From assembly GCA_964016885.1 (NCBI GenBank), contig OZ024741.1, positions 326,616,001-326,680,000 on the forward strand: a stretch of DNA of 64,000 nt, given 5' to 3'. Below are positions 53,955-64,000 of this stretch, one piece after another. The stretch comes from Eledone cirrhosa. Its lineage: Eukaryota. A program made the position numbers and the translations under genes. Every line of letters starts with the position of its first letter. Positions within the stretch are counted from its first letter, which is position 1. Below the pieces are notes generated by a model. It was not told the DNA's origin. It did no database searches and saw only the letters and a list, made by a program, of their open reading frames with translations.

Positions 53955-54026
<72 letters not shown>

Positions 54027-54028
<2 letters not shown>

Positions 54029-57000
54029 TTTGAGTCAAAGTCATTGATATTATTTAACTGGAAAGTTTGTTGAAATGAATATGAAGCCGCTACCTGCAGC
54101 CTCACATATTCAGGACGTATCGGAGGGTTCTTGCTGTGAAGTGTTCCAAAAAGCGGGGCTGGACTAATCTTCTTTAACCATCCTTGGAAACTCTTTGAGA
54201 TAGTACCTAGTGCGCCTATGACAAGCGGGACGACCTTGACTTCATGGCAGTTCCAAATCCTTTTTACCCCCCACTTTAAGTCCTGGTATCGGATAATTTT
54301 CTCCCTTTCCTTTTCTTGCACTCTCGTGTCAAATGGGCAGGCCACATCTACAATCAGGCACTATCTTTTTCCTTTTCCAAAACCACCAGGTCAGGCCTAT
54401 TGTGTTCCAGTTTCTTATACGTCTGTATCCTAAAATCCCATAGCACCTTCACCTGATCGTTTTATATCACCGACTCTGGCTTATGCTCATACACTTCTCA
54501 GAATGTGGTAAATTGTTTACTTTGCATAGGTGCCAGTAGATTACCATACCCATCACATCATGTCTCCTGCCTTTATAGTGAGTCTGGGCTAGGTGTTGAC
54601 ACTCGGATACAATGTGAGCCACAGTCTCTTCTCTCTCTATCCACAAATCCTACACAGTGGGCTAGCCTCCTCCTTGTAAATATGGTGTTTCAGCCATTTC
54701 GTTTTGAGGACCTGCTCTTGCGCATCCATTAGCATTCCTTTTGTAGCCTTTTTAAGGTCTCCTCTTTTTAACCAGTTCCATGTCTGTGGATCTCTAAATT
54801 CAGTTTCTTAAAGAAGGTGCCATGAAGGGATTTTTCATGAAAGTTGCTCTTCCTCCTTGTTGTTATTTCCTATCTGGACATCTACTGTCTTCTCCTTCAG
54901 TAAAATTTTGAGTGCTGGCTCCCTACTGTCAGTCACGTATTTGTGCAGATTGTTTTTCTCCATCTGAACACAGTCCTCTATGCTGATAAGACCTCTCCCA
55001 CGTTTAGATCTCATGTGGAACATGTTGTAGATAGTCAATAGCTTCCTAGTCTTCCTATCCATTTCTTTTTGTTCAGCAACATTCCATTTCAGAATTCCCG
55101 CATTGTATCTAACAATAAAAACAGCTCAGGAATTCATGGCACTTATAACATTCCTACCATTTAGATGTGATTTTAATACGCTCCTTACTCTCCTAATGTA
55201 CTCAGATCTTATCAATTCCTTAATATTGTGTACTTGATGTCAAAACACCTTAATATTTGTATCCTTCTTCAGTGTCAATTTCCTTTATCATCTCACCTGT
55301 TGGTACCTGGATTCCGTTGCTTCTGCTCAATTTACCCCTCTTCATCACTCGTACTCCACACTTATTAACACCAAATTCCATACATAAATCATTGCTGAAA
55401 ATACGGACAGTGTCAACTAGTACATCCAAATCCTTCTCACTCTTCCCAAAGAGTTTAAGATCGTCCATGAAGAGGAGGTGGTTGTTGGTAAGCTCTCCTT
55501 TTCCCAACTTGTATCCTGTTCTCACTTTTCGCAATATAATGGTCACGGGTATCAGGGCAAGGACAAACAACAGAGGGGACAAACTATCTCCCTGGAAGAT
55601 ACCTCTCTTGATCTTCACGTCTCCCAAGGATTATCCACCCGATGTTAACTCTGTTTCCCAGGACTTCATACTTTTGCTCAACAACTGTCTGATGTTACCT
55701 ACCACCTTGAAGATCTCTAGGCTTTTGGTGATCCAAGAATGAGGTACCATGTCGAATGCCTTTTTGTAATCTATCCATCCCATGGCTAGACCAGTGTGTC
55801 TGCTCTTGCAATTCCTCATTACCATCTTATCAATAAGTAACTGGTCCTTTGTACCACGGGACTTCTTTCGGCATCCTTTCTGTTCGTCCGGTAACAAGTT
55901 GTTTGTGTGGAGGTGATGGTAGATTTCCTCAGACATAATGCTTGTCAACAGTTTCCACATTACGGACAGACATGTGATAGGTCTATAGTTGGTAACATCA
56001 TTACCCTTGATTCGGTCTTTCATTATCAGAACTGTGGTACCTTTTGTCAACCACTCTGGTACCTCACCTGACATCAAGCAGTCATTGAACATGGTTGTCA
56101 GTTTCGGGTGGAGGGATGTTATATTTTTAATCCAATAACCCTGCACACTATCTGGGCCTGGTAATTTCCAGCTGGTTAGTTTTTTGGCCTGCTCTTTAAG
56201 AATATCAACTATCATACTCAAATCAGTTTGTTGGTGTGCTTGTTCACTAATCTCCTTTCGTACTGTCTCAATCCACACTGCCTGGTCATTATGTTCAACA
56301 TCCTGCTCCCATATTCCTCTCCAGAATGTCTTAGTCTGTTCCGCCTCAGGGAACAAGACGTTGCCTCATCCTTTTCCTTCAAGCTGTCCACAAAACATCT
56401 TCTGGTTGTTGTCAAACATGCGGTTCTGTCTATACTGACTGACTCTTCTCGAATACCGCCTAATCTTTGCACTTCTTGCTACAATGGGGATCACTTTGAC
56501 TTCATGGCAGTTCCAAATCCTTTTTAACTCCAAGTTTAAGTCCTGGTATCTGTTAATTTTCTCCCCCTCCTTCTCTTGCACTCTCGTGTCGAATGGGCAG
56601 GCCACATCCACAATCAGGCACGATCTTTTTTCTTTGTCCACAACCACCAGGTCAGGTCTATTGTGTTCCAGTTTCTTGTCCGTCTGTATCCTAAAATCCC
56701 ACAGCACCTTCACCTGATCGTTTTCTATCACCGCCTCTGGCTTATGCTCATACCACTTCTCAGAATGTGGTAAATTGTTCACTTTGCATAGGTGCCAGTG
56801 GATCACCCTGCCCATCACATCATGTCTCCAGCCCTTATAGTGAGTCTGGGCTAGGTGTTTACACTAGGATACAATGTGAGCCACAGTCTCCTCTCTCTCA
56901 CCACAGATCCTGCACAGTGGGCTAGCCTCCTCCTTGTAAATATGGTGTTTCAACCACTTCGTTTTGAGGGCCTGCTCCTGTGCAGCCATTAACATTCCTT

Positions 57001-59040
57001 CTGTAGCCTTTTTAAGGTCTCCTCTTTTCAACCAGTTCCATGTCTGTGGATCTCTAAATTCAGTTTTCTCAAAGAAGGTACTATGAAGGGATTTTTCCTG
57101 AAGGCTGCTCTTTCTCCTTGATGTTATTTCCTCCTTGGACATCCTTGGCCTATTGTCACCTCCTTCAGTACAGTTCTGAGCATTGGCTCTTTACTATCAG
57201 TCACGTATTTGTGTAGGCTGTTTTTCTCCATCTGAACACAGTCCTCTATGCTGATATCACCTCTTCCACCCTCAGATCTCCGTAAGTAGAGTCTATCGAC
57301 ATCACTCCTATTGTGGAACATGTTGTAGATAGTCAATAGCTTCCTAGTCTTCCTATCCATTTCTTTCTGTTCAGCAACATTCCATCTCAGAATTCCCGCA
57401 CTGTACCTAATAATAGACACAGCTCGGGAATTTACTGCACTTATGGCATTCCTACTGTTCAGATGTGACTTTAATAGGCTCCTTACTCTCCGAATATATT
57501 CAGTTCTTATCAATTCCTTCATTTTTTTGTTCTTTATGTCATCAGCGTCCAGAACGCCCAAATACTTGTATCTTTCTTCAGAGTCAATTTACTTTATCAT
57601 CTCACCCATTGGTACCTGGATTCCGTTACTTCTGCTCAACTTACCCCTCTTCTTCACAATGACTCCACACTTACTAATACCAAATTGCATACATATATCA
57701 TTGGTGAAAATACGGACAGTGTCAAAAAGTACATCAAACTCCTTCTCACTCTTCCCGAAGAGCTTAAGATCGTCCATGAAGAGGAGATGATTGATGGTAA
57801 GCCCTCCCTTTCCCAACCTGTATCCTGCTCTCACTTTTCGCAGTACACTGGTCAGGGGCATCAGGACAAGGACAAACAACAGAGGGGACAGACTATCTCC
57901 CTGGAAGATACCTCTTGATCTTCACGCTTCCCAAGGATACTCCAGTTGATGTTAACTCTGTTTCCCAGGACTTCATACTTTTGCCCAACAACTGTCTGAT
58001 GTTATCTGCCACCTTGAAGATCTCCAGGCTTTTGGTGATCCAAGAATGAGGCACCATGTCAAATGACTATTTGTAGTCTATCCATCCCATGGCAAGACCA
58101 GTGTTTCTCCTCTTGCAATTCCTCATTACCATCTTATCAATAAGTAACTGGTCCTTTGTACGACGTGACTTCTTTCGGCATCCTTTCTGTTCGTTCGGTA
58201 ACAAGTTGTTTGTGTGGAGGTGATGGTAGATTTCCTCAGACATAATGCTTGTCAACAATTTCCACATTACGGACAGACATGTGATAGGTATATAGTTGGT
58301 AACATTATTACCCTTGATTCGGTCTTTCACTATCAGAACTGTGGTACCTTTTGTCAACCACTATGGTACCTCACCTGACATCAAGCAGTCGTTGAACATG
58401 GTTGTCAGTTTCGGGTGGAGGGATGTTATATTTTTAATCCAATGCCCCTGCACACCATCTGGGCCTGGTGATTTCCAGTTGGTTACTTTTTTGGCCTGCC
58501 CCTTAAGAGTTTCAACTGTGATACTCAAATCAATTTGTTGGTGTGCCTGTTCACTAATCTCCTTCTGTACTGTCTCAATCCACACTGCCTGGTCATTATG
58601 TTTAACATACTGCTCCCATATTCCTCTCCAGAATGTTTTAGTTTGTTCCGCCTTAGGGATCAAATCGTTGCCTCTTTCTTTCCCTTCAAGCTGTCCAAAC
58701 AGCATCTTCTGGTTGTTGTCGAACATGCGGTTCTGTCTATACTGGCTGACTCTGTTCTCGTATCGCCTGATTTTTGCACTCTTTGCTACAATGCGTTGCT
58801 TCAGTTCCTCTATGATAATATTTAGCTTTTTCCTCCTAGTTTTGTACTTTATTTCCAGTCTATTTTTAGTGTCTATCTTTTTTAGTGTCCCATTCAGTAG
58901 GGACTCAAGCTTTCCAATGTCATTTATCTTTTCCCTGATTTGACCACTCAGTCGTTTCTTCCACCAAGGCTCTGCTCTTTCTTGTCTGTTGTTTCCTCTC
59001 GCTTTTATACCAAGTAGTTTCCTCACCGTATTTGCTGTTG
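54027..59040 (-). mobile_element. R4/Dong-clade non-LTR retrotransposon (RT + zinc knuckle + restriction-like endonuclease), two fused partial copies
   Basis: [86 protein letters not shown]; flanked by (TTA)n at 53992-54026 and 59042-59112, the known Dong target repeat. Confidence 0.85.
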
Positions 59041-59041
59041 C

Positions 59042-59112
<71 letters not shown>

Positions 59113-59328
59113 GAATGCTATGGTTGACGGAGGCTCGGCTCTGTAAGGTATTGTAAATTTTGAACGCTATAACAATTGTAAATTGTTTAAAACTTAAACC
59201 AACTTGTAGACAAAATCACCCTCCTCCTCGTGAGAGGGTTCTTTCTGCCCGTTATTTGGCCCTTCGGACTTAAATAACTGCTTATTAGGGTTTTGTACCC
59301 AATATTTATTTTAAACAAAAAAAACAAC

Positions 59329-61447
59329 ATGGCTACGAAAAAGAATTTTCATAGGTCACTCCCACTCATTCCGTCTTCTTCTTCCTCAATCGTCACTACA
59401 GCAGAGAGAAGATTGTCTCTCTACCTCCCTTCTTTAAATGTGTCTCTCTCCCTCCCTCCTCTTTCGCAAGCGACGACAGAAAAGAAAAGTCTCGCGCAAA
59501 GCGTGCAAGATCTCCACGACGACGACGACAACGACGAAACAGGTGTGCGGGAAATACGAAAACCCATTTCATTCGTCTGACGTCAGGAATAATAGCAGTA
59601 GCAGCCGTAATAACAACAGCAACAGTGACAATGAAAAAAAAAGTAGCAGCCGCAACAGCATCAGCAGCAGCATAAACAACAACAGCATTAGCAGCAGCAA
59701 CACCAACAACAACCACAGCAACAGCGGCGGCGGCAGTAGTCGTAGTACCTGCAGCAACAACAAAAGTAACAGCAGCTCTGACGACAACAACAACAACAGC
59801 AGCAAAGAAAAACCAATCTCGTTTGCAGGTATCGCGAAGAACCTGGAAACAATCCTCATAACAAATGAGGAATTATAGGAAGCGAAGAAGATGGTGACAA
59901 AAGGTGGACACCGAGCAATCTGCAAGGCAGCGGAAACATTTTTCGAAACCCAACAGCACTGTACGGTCACGTACCGTACAGTAAGTACAAAATCCCGTAG
60001 GGTTGAAAGAGCCACAGAGGCTCAAATACAAAAAGCCTTGGGGTCTGTGTGGCAGCGGAAAACGCACATCACCCGAGGCAAAAAAAAATATGCCACCGTA
60101 GACGTACTTTTTGCCACACCCCAGGAGGCAAAGGTTCAATCCGTAGTGACCTTAAGGAGCGAGGAAATGGTGTTGGTGCCCTCCTACTGCGGGCAAAAAA
60201 TTGTGAGGGTCAAACTGACACACGTCCCCACCGGGATGGCTCCTTCTTGGCTGGCCGCGTCTTTCCTCGTCGGAATCGAGGACAAAACAACTCTACTGCA
60301 AGTACAGAAAAAAGTAAGAGAAGATTGGGTCGGCACCTCCATTGAGATGTTAATCCAAACCAACCAGGAGTGCATCGAAGCTATCCCGGATGTGATAGAG
60401 TGATAGACTTCGATAACGGCACTCAACTGCCCATAAGTGTTGAGGGCAAACGCCCGAAATGCTTTCGCTGTGGATCAAAGACTTACCTCAGTGCCTTCTG
60501 CAACGGGAAGACCCCGAGAAAGGAGAAAACCCCCCTCCTTCCGAAACCGGCTCCACGGCTACCAGCAACAGGACAAGCGGCAACCAGGAACGATAGGTCC
60601 GTGGCACCCATACCCACGCCACGGAAATCAAAAACAGCAGCAGCAGTGGAAATATTAACAACAACAACAGCAATACCAAATGCAGCTGCAACAGAGATTC
60701 CAGTGCAAACATCACCAACAACAACAAGTGAAATAGTGGAGCTGGTACCCCTCCCCGAACTCACAGAATCAGACATGGAGTGTGAGGTGGGAGAGGGATG
60801 GAAAAAGGTCGTAAGAAGGCACAAACGCAGAAGCAGCGCATCGTCGCCTTTGTAAAGGGAGGAAAGAAATGAAAAAAAGGGTAAAGTCTACTGCAAATAG
60901 ACTCACAGCAGCAACACCGCCAACACCATCACCACCCACACTAGCACCACCATCACCACCGGCGACAACCCCACCGCCAGCAACAACAACACCTTCAACA
61001 CCACCACCACTAGCACCAACATCGCAAACACAACAACAAAACACACACACCCAGCAAAAACGACAAGAAAATAGCAGAACCACACCGCACCCCCAGAAAA
61101 ACAAATGCACGGCAATAAATACACACAACAAGAAACTAATGACTTACATAATTGAACACACAGACATTTCGCAACACGACTGCATAATACCAGCACCAAT
61201 CAAAACGCCAACTAACATAAGACTGCTAAAAATAGCACAAAAACAATACACAAACATTAAAACGAAATTCCCCAACGCAGTTGGTGATTTCAGGGACCTA
61301 GGAGGAACTATCAACCGAAGAGTATATTCGGACATACTCATAGAAGAGCCGACGACCAGCCGAAGGGACGATTCAACGGTCCCTTCACCAGACGATCAAG
61401 TGAAAAGGGATGTAAAAACCATCCCTCCTCTACGAAAAGTACGGTAA
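59329..61447 (+). pseudogene. Tx1-like ORF1 with low-complexity tracts and a degenerate zinc knuckle
   Basis: EGKRPKCFRCGSKTYLSAFC; several stops and frameshifts. Confidence 0.7.
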
Positions 61448-61482
61448 GTGGTCTTTCCCATCTTTTCCACTCTATTTTAAAC

Positions 61483-64000
61483 ATGACCTCACTCAGAATA
61501 GGCAGCATAAATGCGCGTGGCTTGGGGTCGTCATGTTAGCAGGGTCACCTGCTCAACGACCTCAGGTCACTAAACATAGATGTAGTGGCCATCAGCGAGA
61601 CCAGAATCTCCGAAGCACGGGCCTTCGCACCGATCTTCGGCGGCTACGATGTGTACGCATCTCCCAGCCGTCCTGGATCGGAGGGAGGAGTTGCTGTGCT
61701 TTTTCGGAGAGGTTTGGATTTCGACATACGGGCCATCTTCCTGGACCCAGAAGGTAAGTTGGTGGAGACGGGCAAGCTTTCAGGCTAGTGGCCGTCTATG
61801 CCCCGACAGGAGCAGGGAGGCCTGATTTCTTCCGGCGTTTGGAGACCTTTCTTGGAACGTCCAGCTCTTTAGTGTTAGTGGGAGACTGGATCGGGATCTT
61901 AGATTCACACTGGGACTGTGTGGGATTAGCGGATAGGGGAGGAGGGTGCAAGAGCCTCACCAACCTGTTCAGGCGTTTTGAACTGTCTGAGAGGTACCGA
62001 TTGGATTTCCCGAATGTGCCAATGTGGATTTGGACAAATTGCATAGTGTTATCCAGATCATATCTAGATAGAGTATTTTGTAGGGAAATATATAGGTCTA
62101 GCATAGGCTGTCCAAAGTTCAAGATAGTCAGCTACACGGACCACAAATTCGTGATCTGTGTGCTTGACTTAGATAGGCTTCATAGACGAGGACCCGGCTA
62201 CTGGAAGCTAAACGCGTCCTTGCCAGCGCGCAAGGCCTACAGAGACCGGATTAGCGAACTAGTTAAGCAGGCGTTGACGGGGGCCATCGTCAACAACAAG
62301 TGGTGGTTTGCTCTGAAAAGAGCGATTAGAATAGAATCGATTAGGTTTAGTAAGGCTTTAGCAATAGAGAAAAATAGAGCAGAAGGAGAACTAGTTAGAA
62401 AATTAGACGAGGCGCTTAGCAAAGGCATTGCGACCGACGTGCTTGCGGCGAAATAGGCCCTTGACCAATTCTTCAATGCAAAGCACGAAGGCTGCGTTGT
62501 CAGAGCAAGGGTGCGTGCTCTCAGACACGAGGGGACGAAAGCCGTTCAATGGGCCCGAGTGGCGGAGGCGCGTCGTGGCAACAAAGCCACGATCCCACCT
62601 TTGGTGGACCACGACGGGCGCATGCTACTCGATCCCGGGCAAATGTGTGAAGCTTTTCAGCGATACTTCGATCAGTTGTTCGGGGGCAGCGGTGGGCCGG
62701 GTCGAGGGATGAACTTTAGTGTCTACCTCGACGGACTGCCGCGGCTCTCGGCCACGGAGGCGAGGTGTTGCGAAAAGCCGATAACAGCCGCTGAAGTAAG
62801 GGAGGCAATGACTGGCTGCACAAGGGGTAAATCGCCTGGTTTGGATGGTCTGCCCTATGAACTTTACGTACAGATGTCAGACTTGTTCGGAGGCCTCTTG
62901 GCGGACGTCTACTGCAACTGGCAACAGAACGGGAGAATTCCCAATTCTGTGAGCCGACGAGCGGTGGCACTGCTGAGAAAGGATCCGAACAATGGGGATA
63001 ACATAGCTAATTTCCGGTCCATAACTCTGCTAAAGACAGAGTTCAAGATTTTGGCCAAGGTGCTAGCAAAGAGGGTGGCGCTTGTCGTTGGTGGTCTGGT
63101 GGGAGAGGCGCAGACATGCGCCATTCCCGACAGATCCATACACGACAACCTCCACCTCATGCGATACATCGTAGAGAGGGTAGCTAGGGAACCTGGCACG
63201 GGTGGGTCCTTGATCAATTTAGATCAGTCGAAAGCCTTCGATAGGGTCGACCATCGTTACCTAGCGGCAGTCCTGAGGGCGGCTGGCTTTGGGCCCGTCT
63301 TCAGAGGCTGGATCGCTGCCATGCACAGCGACATCTGCTCTGTGGTGCGAGCGAACGGTCACCTGTCGGAACCGTTCAACATCATGCGCTCGGTCCGCCA
63401 AGGATGACCCCTCTCGTCCCTCTTGTACGTATTGACTCTCGATCCATTACTGCACAAACTGGAGACGGTGAGGGGCGTCCCGCGCGAACTAGGATGCGGA
63501 AGATCCGTGTCAGCATATGCGGACGATGTCACCGTAGTGGTGTCGAACGCCAAACACATCGAGGTGATCGGCACTACACTAAGAGAATACGAAGTGGTGA
63601 CAGGAGCAATGATCAACCAGGAAAAGTCAGTGGGCCTGCAGCTCGGCACCTGGAGAGGCAGGTCCATGCCGTCCAACAGCGTCGTCGGACGCTGGATAGA
63701 CGGACTGGTTACATTGCTAAGGGTCTGTGTCGGTCCGGACCTCCAGACGGACAAAAACTGGGACGAGGTGATGAGCAGGGTGGCTTCTCTCACCCAGAAA
63801 TGGGCGGAGAGGAAGCTATCCCTGAAAGGTCGAGCGGAGGTGGCTAACGCGTACATCGCGTCATCATCTGCTACCGCCTGACCGTCGTACCTTTTCCTAA
63901 GCCTCGCCTGACTGCGCTGGAGCGTTTGCTCTTTCGCTTTTTGTGGAAGGGACGCGCTCCAATGGTCAGGCGGTCCATCTGTTGTCAACACCCGCTACGT
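61483..64000 (+). pseudogene. Tx1/L1 ORF2: APE endonuclease + reverse transcriptase
   Basis: SINARG, ISET, GGVAVLF, VYAP, LVGDW, YLDR, TDH, GPGYWKLN, KSPGLDGLP, NLDQSKAFDRVDH, SVRQG, AYADD; stops and frameshifts. Confidence 0.9.

Larger units (their letters stand above)
59113..64000 (+). mobile_element. L1/Tx1-clade LINE, truncated by the window end
   Basis: 5' UTR + ORF1 + ORF2 (APE endonuclease, RT). Confidence 0.88.

Overview
Repeat-saturated, gene-free eukaryotic DNA. It is AT-rich with long (TA)n, (CA)n, (TAA)n and (GAA)n tracts, and the SINE fragments resemble octopus/cephalopod SINEs as I recall them (an inference). No host gene is supported. Contents: two head-to-tail Helitrons (one a RepHel deletion derivative); at least four families of Penelope-like retroelements (PLEs; RT + Cys-rich linker + GIY-YIG, Neptune-like); a hATm-like DNA transposon and a related MITE; a near-identical ~8.3 kb tandem duplication; a chimeric R4/Dong-type LINE between (TAA)n tracts; and a Tx1/L1-type LINE running off the end. 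Two signals stand out. (1) Two diverged PLE families both have an upstream ORF1 ending in 'NHFLD' over a conserved U-UUU-UUA heptamer. In the family-C copies the RT frame is exactly -1 at this site, suggesting a gag-pol-like programmed ribosomal frameshift in elements usually described as single-ORF. (2) There are many unrelated fold-back palindromes next to (TA)n, most carrying minimal type I hammerhead ribozyme motifs, often in both polarities. In total there are more than 15 hammerhead-like motifs, including U3-A8 core variants. All folds and alignments were done by eye.
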